NCBI GenBank assembly: GCA_030427985.1 | Contig: JAUIBH010000005.1 | Span: 11,766 to 75,765, forward strand | Source of the DNA: Bacteroidia bacterium | GTDB lineage: Bacteria; Bacteroidota; Bacteroidia; Flavobacteriales; Flavobacteriaceae | Direction of reading: 5' to 3' | DNA length: 64,000 nucleotides | Shown: in pieces, positions 56,814-64,000 of the stretch | Layout of the letters: the number at the start of each line of letters is the position of its first letter | How positions within the stretch are numbered: the stretch's first letter is position 1 | Program-made: the position numbers and the translations under genes | Notes under the pieces: model-generated | Databases searched by the model: none | What the model saw: the letters and a program-made list of their open reading frames with translations, nothing else | Told to the model about the DNA's origin: nothing

Positions 56814-57779
56814 ATGCGACCAAAAACCACCACATTTACATCTGTCTTTGAACAAGAGGTGTATGAAGGCCTTACCGCCCATCCCAAATACCTGTCCAGC
56901 AAATATTTTTATGATGAGGTAGGTGACAAACTTTTTCAGGACATCATGGCCATGCCGGAATACTACCTAACCGATTGTGAGTTCAATATTCTGGAAACCC
57001 ACAAAACAGAAATTGTTGACTTATTTTCTGCTGATGGAGAACCGTTCAGTTTGTTTGAATTAGGGGCAGGCGATGGCAAAAAAACCAAGATTTTACTCCG
57101 TCATTTGGTGAATCGTAATATCCCTTTCGATTATAGGCCCATTGATATCAGTCAGAATGCCTTGAACAAGCTGGAAAATGCACTTCATAAAGAAATTCCA
57201 GAAGTAATCATGAACCCCTTGCAGGGCACTTATTTTGATACGCTTCGCGATATTGGCGAGAGCAACGGACGTAGAAAGGTGATTTTGTTCCTTGGCTCCA
57301 ACATTGGCAACCTTTTACATCCACAGGCGGTGGAGTTCCTCAAAAACATGCGAAAGGTCATTAATACCAACGACCTTATTTTTATGGGTTTTGATCAAAA
57401 AAAGAATCCGCAGACCATTTTAGATGCCTATAATGACAAGGCGGGAATTACCGAGGCTTTCAACAAAAACATTTTGACCCGTATCAACAGGGAAATGGGT
57501 GCTGATTTTAATTTGGACAACTTTTTACATTGGGAAGTCTATGACCCACAGTCGGGAACAGCCAAAAGTTATTTGGTATCCAAAGTGGAGCAAGTGGCTT
57601 ATATAGAAAGTTTGGATTGGGAAGTCCCGTTCAAGCGATGGGAGACCATCCATACCGAAATTTCACAAAAATATGATGATGCGGTGGTAAAATGGTTGGC
57701 CCAAGAGGCTGGACTACAGATTGCCACCTCCTTTTCGGACCAGGAGGAAAACTACAAAAATTACGTGTTCAATAAATGA
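56814..57779 (+). CDS. egtD: L-histidine N-alpha-methyltransferase
   Basis: SSKYFYD, PEYYLT, ELGAGDGKKT, FLGSNIGN, AYND and IHTEISQKY. Confidence 0.93.
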   Translation: MRPKTTTFTSVFEQEVYEGLTAHPKYLSSKYFYDEVGDKLFQDIMAMPEYYLTDCEFNILETHKTEIVDLFSADGEPFSLFELGAGDGKKTKILLRHLVNRNIPFDYRPIDISQNALNKLENALHKEIPEVIMNPLQGTYFDTLRDIGESNGRRKVILFLGSNIGNLLHPQAVEFLKNMRKVINTNDLIFMGFDQKKNPQTILDAYNDKAGITEAFNKNILTRINREMGADFNLDNFLHWEVYDPQSGTAKSYLVSKVEQVAYIESLDWEVPFKRWETIHTEISQKYDDAVVKWLAQEAGLQIATSFSDQEENYKNYVFNK

Positions 57780-57782
57780 ACC

Positions 57783-57829
57783 AAAACCGCCATTGAAGTT
57801 GGGGGCTCCAATGACGGCGGATTTTTTTT
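57783..57829. terminator. Bidirectional terminator-like hairpin between egtD and the convergent gene
   Basis: AAAA-CCGCC...GGCGG-ATTTTTTTT. Confidence 0.6.
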
Positions 57830-58124
57830 ATACTTCCAGAACAGCGTTCTCGGTTCCGGCATAATCGTTCCATTGAAAACGGTCAGCCTCTTCATCGTTG
57901 GTATAGGCACCATCAATAAGGTATCTGAACTCGTAAGTGTTTTCTTTGGGAAGTTCAAATGTTCCTTTAAAGGTTCCATTTTTCAACTTCTTCAACGTGC
58001 TGCCTTTAGGGTTCCAATTGTTGAAATCGCCCACTACAGCAACCTTGTCTGCCTCTTCTGCAGGTACGGTGAACGTCACCTTGCACACAGGCTTACTCTT
58101 TAGGTATTGCTTTTTTATTGCCAT
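57828..58124 (-). CDS. Isoamylase early-set (CBM48-like) domain protein
   Basis: MAIKKQYLKSKPVCKVTF, VVGDFNNW and YEFRYLIDG. Confidence 0.88.
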   Translation of the reverse strand: MAIKKQYLKSKPVCKVTFTVPAEEADKVAVVGDFNNWNPKGSTLKKLKNGTFKGTFELPKENTYEFRYLIDGAYTNDEEADRFQWNDYAGTENAVLEV

Positions 58125-58277
58125 GGTACTAAAATTAATCAAGTACAAAAAAATAGATAAAACCTCTTATTTACAATAAGTTAAGGCCGATTTATCAAAT
58201 TGATAAAATGCTCCTAACAATAGGATTACTTTGGCAAAATTAGCAGATGGATATTCTCAAAAAATGATTTTGGTCAT

Positions 58278-59357
58278 TCAAGGTTTTAGCAGCTTGGCAA
58301 TGGCCTCAATTTCGTCTTCCGTATTGTAAAAGTGAAAGCTTAAACGGATACCACCCCCACGGGGTGAAGCGACCACATTTTCTTCCGTTAACTTGTTGAA
58401 CAATTTCTCGCCTCCCTTAATATTGAAAATGGTGCTGTGCCGCTTTCTATCCAGTACACTTTGTTCCAAAAGTCCCAGTTCTGAAAATGCTGCTTTGGCC
58501 TTGTTGGACAGTTTTTGTAAATGAGTTTGAATATCCACCAAGCCAATTTCATCCAAAAAGTTAAGGGCAAATTCAAGGCTGCCAAAGTTGAGGGAGTCCA
58601 AATGACCTGGTTCCAAAAATTTGCAAAACGGAATACTGTTCCGCTTAGAAAGATCATTATTCACAGAACCATTACCAATGCCTTTCAACTCAAATTGATT
58701 CATAACGGCATCCTTTACCAGAAAAAAGGCATTACCATAGCCGGCCAAAAGCCACTTGTAGGCACTGGTGCCCAAAATATCAAACCCAGATTCGTTAAAA
58801 TTAAAGGTCTCCGTACCACAAAACTGGGTGCCATCACCAATAATCAATAAGTCGGGAAAATCTTTCTTGAGTTGCTTTACAAAATCAAGGTCTATTTTTA
58901 CCCCGTTTACCCATTGCACCACACTTAGGGCCAACACATCAATGCTTTCGGTTTTTACCTTTTTATAGATGTTTTCTTCCATGTGCTCATCGATATCCAC
59001 ATACTCCCTATTGAAATTTCGTGTTTCAAATGGCCAGTTCACAGAAGGGTAATCGTTCTGGAGCAGCAAGACTTTTTTATCCTTGGAAAGGCCTTCCAAA
59101 AGCATGTTGAACCCTAAACTAAAGTTAGGAACCAAGGCAACATTATCCGGTTTGCAATGAAAAAACTTCCCAATGGTTTTCTTGATCTCGGGCATGTGGG
59201 CAAAGCCCTTGGCCTTCATCTCGCTCCCCCCAATAAGAAAGTCAAGGTCATGGCCTTGTCGCCATTCCATAAGATCTTCACTTAAGAGTCCAGCAGAGGC
59301 CGTATTAGCATAAATACATTGATGTAAAACAGGAAATTTTTTTCTTAGACTTTGCAT
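58278..59357 (-). CDS. Class V PLP-dependent aminotransferase / cysteine-desulfurase-like lyase
   Basis: YANTASAG, DGTQ, SAYKWL (PLP Lys) and IRLSFHFYNT. Confidence 0.88.
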   Translation of the reverse strand: MQSLRKKFPVLHQCIYANTASAGLLSEDLMEWRQGHDLDFLIGGSEMKAKGFAHMPEIKKTIGKFFHCKPDNVALVPNFSLGFNMLLEGLSKDKKVLLLQNDYPSVNWPFETRNFNREYVDIDEHMEENIYKKVKTESIDVLALSVVQWVNGVKIDLDFVKQLKKDFPDLLIIGDGTQFCGTETFNFNESGFDILGTSAYKWLLAGYGNAFFLVKDAVMNQFELKGIGNGSVNNDLSKRNSIPFCKFLEPGHLDSLNFGSLEFALNFLDEIGLVDIQTHLQKLSNKAKAAFSELGLLEQSVLDRKRHSTIFNIKGGEKLFNKLTEENVVASPRGGGIRLSFHFYNTEDEIEAIAKLLKP

Positions 59358-59411
59358 TGCAGAGGTTTTGGGTACAATTCAATTATCTTTGTTGTTAAAG
59401 ATAGCCATTCC

Positions 59412-59804
59412 ATGTTGTCCTTTGGTAAAAAGAAAAAGACAGAAATAGACTTGGAGCAGCACGAGCTTCTGGAAAATGCCCAAAAACGCATCAAGCAGAA
59501 GAAACGGTTGTTTTCCCATTTGGTCCTATTTTTGATTGGAAGCTTGTTTTTGGTTCTAGCCAACAAAATCCTGAAATACGGAGAAGCCTACGATTGGTCC
59601 ATTTGGGTGGTTCTTTTTTGGGCCTTTTTACTTGTGTTGCACACGTTTAATGTATTTGTCACCCACAAGTTTATGGGGCAGGATTGGGAGCGAAAACAAC
59701 GGGAACGCTTGGTGGAACAACAAAAACAGCGGATTGCCGAAATCCAAAAGGAAATCGATACGGATTTTCCACTGTCCAAAATCAATAAAAAAAAAGAACA
59801 GTGA
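59412..59804 (+). CDS. 2TM-domain membrane protein
   Basis: AQKRIKQKKRLFSH, two TM helices and FMGQDWE. Confidence 0.82.
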   Translation: MLSFGKKKKTEIDLEQHELLENAQKRIKQKKRLFSHLVLFLIGSLFLVLANKILKYGEAYDWSIWVVLFWAFLLVLHTFNVFVTHKFMGQDWERKQRERLVEQQKQRIAEIQKEIDTDFPLSKINKKKEQ

Positions 59805-60292
59805 AGCGACTGATCATTATAGCCGCTGCCGCCGAGAACAATGCTTTGGGGAAGGACAACGATTTGGTCTGGCACCTTCCGGACGATTTTAAGCGGTTTA
59901 AAGCCCTTACCACAGGCCATAAAATCATTATGGGTAGAAAGACGCTGGAAAGCTTTCCCAGGCCTTTACCCAACCGTGAACATATCGTGATTACTAGAGA
60001 TAAGGACTACACGCCTAAGTTTCCATGTACCGTAGTACATTCTCTTGAGGAAGCCATTGATTTGGTAGGCGATACAGAAACTGCCTTTATTATTGGTGGA
60101 GGCGAAATTTACAAGCAATCTATGCCGTTGGCCACCGATATGGAGCTCACACGGGTGCATGGTATTTTTGATGCGGATACTTTTTTTCCAAAAATAGATT
60201 CAAATGAATGGGAGTTGGTAAAGGAGGAACATCATCCAAAGGATGACCGGCACCAATACAGTTTTACCTATCTCACCTACACTAGAAAATAA
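59801..60292 (+). CDS. folA: Dihydrofolate reductase
   Basis: LVWHLPDD, IMGRKT, RPLPNR, IGGGEIY and ADTFFP. Confidence 0.96.
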   Translation: MKRLIIIAAAAENNALGKDNDLVWHLPDDFKRFKALTTGHKIIMGRKTLESFPRPLPNREHIVITRDKDYTPKFPCTVVHSLEEAIDLVGDTETAFIIGGGEIYKQSMPLATDMELTRVHGIFDADTFFPKIDSNEWELVKEEHHPKDDRHQYSFTYLTYTRK

Positions 60293-60295
60293 GGT

Positions 60296-61081
60296 CTAGA
60301 AATCCAAATAACTTATTTCTGCATCGGTATCATCTACCAAATTTTTAAGCACTTCAACACCTTTATTGGAATAAAATAGATGTTTCCCAGAATGGTCTTT
60401 GGTGTTCAACAATTGATTTTTCTCCAAAACCGCTTTTGTCTGTCGAGCTACGGCTTCACCAGAATCGATCAGGGTAATGTGATCAGGGAGTACATCCTTG
60501 AGCAAAGGAATAAGATAGGGATAGTGTGTACAACCCAATACCAAACAATCGATATCCTGTTCCAACATGGGCCTAAGAAAAGATAGCAGCAATCCGCGGG
60601 TGACCACTGAATTGGTTTGCCCGGTTTCAATTAATTCGACCAGACCTTTTCCTTCCTGCTCCATTACTGTAATACCTTCAGCATACAGTTTAGAGGTATT
60701 GTGAAACAAACTGCTGGATAAGGTACCTTTGGTGGCCAGCACTCCCACTTTTTTGGTCTTGGTATGAAGTGTAGCTGGTTTTATGGCCGGTTCTATACCT
60801 ATGAAAGGAACATCATAGTTGGATCTTAAATAATCAATGGCATTGGTGGTAGCGGTATTACAGGCCACCACAATCAGTTTACAGTTTTGTTCCAACAAAA
60901 ATTCCGTGTTCTTTATGCTGAGTTGAAGGATTTCCTCTTTTGATTTTTCACCATAGGGGGCATTGGCACTATCGGCCAAATAGATGGTATCTTCATGGGG
61001 GAGCATTTTTTTGATTTCTTTCCAAATGGAGGTGCCTCCAACACCGGAATCGAAAATGCCAATGGGTCCGTGCATGTCCAA
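60296..61081 (-). CDS. murI: Glutamate racemase
   Basis: FDSGVGG, PYGEK, VACNTA and LGCTHYP. The start may instead be the ATG at 61075. Confidence 0.96.
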   Translation of the reverse strand: MDMHGPIGIFDSGVGGTSIWKEIKKMLPHEDTIYLADSANAPYGEKSKEEILQLSIKNTEFLLEQNCKLIVVACNTATTNAIDYLRSNYDVPFIGIEPAIKPATLHTKTKKVGVLATKGTLSSSLFHNTSKLYAEGITVMEQEGKGLVELIETGQTNSVVTRGLLLSFLRPMLEQDIDCLVLGCTHYPYLIPLLKDVLPDHITLIDSGEAVARQTKAVLEKNQLLNTKDHSGKHLFYSNKGVEVLKNLVDDTDAEISYLDF

Positions 61082-61107
61082 AAATAGATACTTAAAATTT
61101 ATGGCAC

Positions 61108-61139
61108 AAAAAAACCGCTTTCTCTTTGGAAAAAGCGGT
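61108..61139 (-). terminator. Intrinsic terminator after skp
   Basis: ACCGCTTT/AAAGCGGT stem with a U tract on the minus strand. Confidence 0.65.
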
Positions 61140-61162
61140 CAGTACTTTTTAGAACATGGTTC

Positions 61163-61672
61163 TTAGAAGCCCAATTCCACCTTAACGGCAGGCAATAGGT
61201 CTTTTCCTTTTGCCACGATCAAGCTCAACCCTGGGCTGGCATCGATTACATAATCAAAGCCTTGGGCAGCGGCCACTTTTTCAATGGCGTTCTTTGCCTT
61301 TTCTGAAATAGGAGCGAACAATTCTTGTTGCTTCTTCTGCAATTCTTGCATTGCGGCTTGTTCGGCTTCCTGAATATTTCTTTCAAACCCTTGAAGCTCT
61401 TGTGCTCGTTGCTCATTCTCTTCGCGAGTTTTGGAAGTGGACTCATTTTGGTATTGTGTAGCCTTATTCCTGAATTCTGTCATAGAACTTTCAAGATCTG
61501 CCCTATAGGTTTCTTGTAATTTCTTCAACTCGGCTTGTGCAGCCTTCATCTCCGGCATTTCAGACAATAGTTGCTGTACGTTTACGTGTGCAACCTTGCT
61601 CTGTGCATTTACAAAACCCGTAGCCGCCACAAACAATACAAGGGCCACAGCGATTCTTTTTACATTTTTCAT
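61163..61672 (-). CDS. skp: OmpH/Skp periplasmic chaperone
   Basis: Signal peptide, KVAHVNVQQLL, coiled coil and GFDYVID. Confidence 0.92.
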   Translation of the reverse strand: MKNVKRIAVALVLFVAATGFVNAQSKVAHVNVQQLLSEMPEMKAAQAELKKLQETYRADLESSMTEFRNKATQYQNESTSKTREENEQRAQELQGFERNIQEAEQAAMQELQKKQQELFAPISEKAKNAIEKVAAAQGFDYVIDASPGLSLIVAKGKDLLPAVKVELGF

Positions 61673-61716
61673 GATTCTACGTTACTATTTTGATGTTAAA
61701 TTTAGTGCTCCACTAT

Positions 61717-62547
61717 TTACTGTTGTATGGAATCCTTTTGTTGTTCTTGCGCTTTTTCACGCTCTTCCAATCTGGCTTTGCGTTTGGCCTCGCGCTCTTC
61801 CAATAATTTTTTTCTTCGTTCTTCGTAAGCTTTTTTTCGTTCTTCCCTAAGCCTTAATTGTTCGGCTCTTCTATCTTCCACTGCTTGGGCATTGGCCTGT
61901 TGAATGGAATCTGTTCTTTCTTGTCTTGCCCGTAGCGCATCACTGATTTCATCTTCTCCTTCTTCCTCCATAAACTGCTCCAACCTATTTTGTTCTTCTT
62001 GTTTTCTGTTGGAAGCGCTTATTTTTCGTGTACGCCCTATTTCTCTTAAAACCAAGTCACTGATATCGTGCCGTTTTTCGGAGTACAACATTACAACATC
62101 TGCCGATTTATCAAAAATAAAATCGTATCTTTTATTTCCTCCTATTTTTTGTACTTCGTTGAAGACTTGGTCCTGAATGGGCTGGATCAGGAGCTGTTTT
62201 TGCAGCACCAAATCCCCTTGTGGACCAAAACGGTCTTGTTGATAATCCAACATTTCCTTCTCCAAAATTTGAATTTCCTCCTCACGTTCGGTGATGAGTT
62301 CATCCGTCAGCAACACTTTTTCTGCCATTAAATCTTTCTTCATTTGCTCAATGACGCTTTGCTTCAGTTCAATTTCTTTCTTCCACTTTTGCGCCTTGTC
62401 TTCCAACTGTTCCGTGGCATCCCTATATTCTTCCACATTTTCGAGGATATATTCCATGTCCACATAACCTATGCGCACTCCCCTTTGGGAAAAGCCATAA
62501 AGAGATGACAACAAAACAACTAATGACAAAAGAACTTTGGTATTCAT
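61717..62547 (-). CDS. skp: OmpH/Skp-family chaperone with a charged C-terminal extension
   Basis: RIGYVDMEYIL, FGPQGDL and YDFIFDK. Confidence 0.9.
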   Translation of the reverse strand: MNTKVLLSLVVLLSSLYGFSQRGVRIGYVDMEYILENVEEYRDATEQLEDKAQKWKKEIELKQSVIEQMKKDLMAEKVLLTDELITEREEEIQILEKEMLDYQQDRFGPQGDLVLQKQLLIQPIQDQVFNEVQKIGGNKRYDFIFDKSADVVMLYSEKRHDISDLVLREIGRTRKISASNRKQEEQNRLEQFMEEEGEDEISDALRARQERTDSIQQANAQAVEDRRAEQLRLREERKKAYEERRKKLLEEREAKRKARLEEREKAQEQQKDSIQQ

Positions 62548-62643
62548 CTTTATCCGTTTTTACATAGAAAATATCGTGCCAAAATAACTAATTAATTTAA
62601 AATGAGTTATTTATAAATTTTAAAAGCCTTTATTTTCTCTTAA

Positions 62644-64000
62644 TTAAAACTGCTGCCCGATGATGAAGTGCGTTTGCCAGCCACTTGGCCCTATTGATCC
62701 AGGTTGCGCATCGGTATCGAAACCATACCCAAAATCGATTCCCAAGAGTCCGAATGCCGGCATAAAAATACGTAGCCCCACTCCGGCAGATCTTTTTAAT
62801 TCAAACGGATTAAACTCACTAAAATTGTTGAAAGCGTTCCCTGCTTCCAAAAATGACAGCGCATAAATGGATGCGGAAGGCTTAAGTGTTAACGGATAAC
62901 GCAATTCCAAAGAGAATTTGTTGTAAATGGTTCCACCATCTCTTTCCAACCTATTCGTAATTGGGTTGGTACTGTAAGGGGTTAAGGAACTATTTTCATA
63001 TCCTCGTAGCTGAATCACATCCCTACCATCCAAGGTAAAGTTTCCAAGACCATCTCCTCCCACATAAAAACGTTCAAAAGGAACAGCTCCAATATCGTGG
63101 TTGTAAGCGCCAAGGAAACCAAATTCTGCATTGGTACGCAATACCAGTTTGTCCACCAAATTGGTATACCAATCTCCCTTGAACTTGATTTTATAGAATT
63201 CCAATAGTTTGAACCGCTCCTCCTCTAGTCGTTCCAAATCGTCACTCAATTGGGCTTGTTCAATTTGTTCATCCGGGCTCAGATTGGGATTGGAGCCAAT
63301 CTCAAAGAGTCTTTCGGTGGTTTCATCTATATCTTGCTTAATTTGCTTGAAATCTTTTGAACCAAAAAGTGAATACGGCGGTGTAAATTTGGCCGTAATC
63401 TCAAAATTAGATCCAGTCATAGGAAATATTCTACTGGGCCCTTGCGAACTTCGAGAGATACCAAAAGTGTAGCTCAAAGAATTGGAGCTACCGTTACCAA
63501 AATTAAAAAGACCACTGTTGTAATTATTAAAATCGTACAACTGATAACTTAAGGCATGGGATACGGTAAAATAATCATCGGGCCATTGCACCCTTTTGGC
63601 CAGACCTGCCGAAACCCCTGTAATGGAGAATCCCCGGCTTTTGTCGACATCAATTCTACCTCTACTTGTGAAGTCTGTTCCAAATTGTTGTGTCCGTGAA
63701 AGGGAAAGGTTGAACCGCACCGGCTTTTTACCCCCCAACCAAGGTTCTGCAAAATTCAAGCTATATACCCGGAAGGTTCTACTGGCCTGTAAACGCAGCG
63801 AGAAGGTTTGCCCATCACCCATGGGAACCGGTTTGTAGGCTTCACCGTTAAAAATATTTTTTAATGAGAAGTTACTGAACGAAAGTCCCAAGGTTCCTAT
63901 AAAGCCACCGCCACCAAAACCACCTTGAAGCTCTATTTGACTAGATCCTGCTTCTACGAGGCTATAATTTACGTCTACCGTACCTTCATTTGGATTGGGG
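62644..64000 (-). CDS. bamA: Outer-membrane protein assembly factor BamA (5' end outside the window)
   Basis: The frame stays open to the window edge (PNPNEGTVDV...SSQIELQGG). FERFYVGGDG, LRGY and the C-terminal THFIIGQQF are present. Confidence 0.95.
   Translation of the reverse strand, partial: PNPNEGTVDVNYSLVEAGSSQIELQGGFGGGGFIGTLGLSFSNFSLKNIFNGEAYKPVPMGDGQTFSLRLQASRTFRVYSLNFAEPWLGGKKPVRFNLSLSRTQQFGTDFTSRGRIDVDKSRGFSITGVSAGLAKRVQWPDDYFTVSHALSYQLYDFNNYNSGLFNFGNGSSNSLSYTFGISRSSQGPSRIFPMTGSNFEITAKFTPPYSLFGSKDFKQIKQDIDETTERLFEIGSNPNLSPDEQIEQAQLSDDLERLEEERFKLLEFYKIKFKGDWYTNLVDKLVLRTNAEFGFLGAYNHDIGAVPFERFYVGGDGLGNFTLDGRDVIQLRGYENSSLTPYSTNPITNRLERDGGTIYNKFSLELRYPLTLKPSASIYALSFLEAGNAFNNFSEFNPFELKRSAGVGLRIFMPAFGLLGIDFGYGFDTDAQPGSIGPSGWQTHFIIGQQF

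Noticed and set aside
61717-62030. Low-complexity Glu/Arg/Lys-rich DNA
   Set aside because: It encodes the charged coiled-coil tail of the Skp paralog and is not a repeat element.
1-64000. CRISPR arrays, tRNA/rRNA genes, IS elements, prophage or known defence genes
   Set aside because: By eye I found no regularly spaced repeats, cloverleafs, transposase, integrase or phage structural motifs.

Overview
A 64-kb chromosomal window from a marine-type Flavobacteriaceae genome (Bacteroidota). The assignment rests on TAnnTTTG -7 promoter boxes, split metH, and the bamA-skp-skp-murI-folA and pdhB/etfBA gene order. It is mostly housekeeping. About 23 kb (8.6-31.3 kb) is a sulfur/methionine/SAM supercluster: metF, split metH, FNR, cobA, sulfite reductase-HEPN, cysH, an Rrf2 regulator, metZ-like, a MetX-aspartokinase-homoserine dehydrogenase triple fusion, metY and metK, with two SAM-I riboswitches and one SAM-II-type riboswitch. 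An accessory patch between thyA and folA includes egtBD. I saw no rRNA, tRNA, CRISPR array, transposase or integrase. The most notable unexplained signals are: (1) all three SAM riboswitches carry a downstream element complementary to the 5' strand of their own aptamer; (2) a TGTC-tagged palindromic repeat family occurs intergenically, nested, and in-frame inside proteins including MetH; (3) 7-nt-periodic inverted arrays flank a four-helix-bundle gene and also occur without a gene between etfB and etfA; (4) an uncharacterised, translationally coupled 4-gene ABC operon; (5) several operator motifs readable from the sequence. All calls come from reading the sequence by eye; no searches were run.
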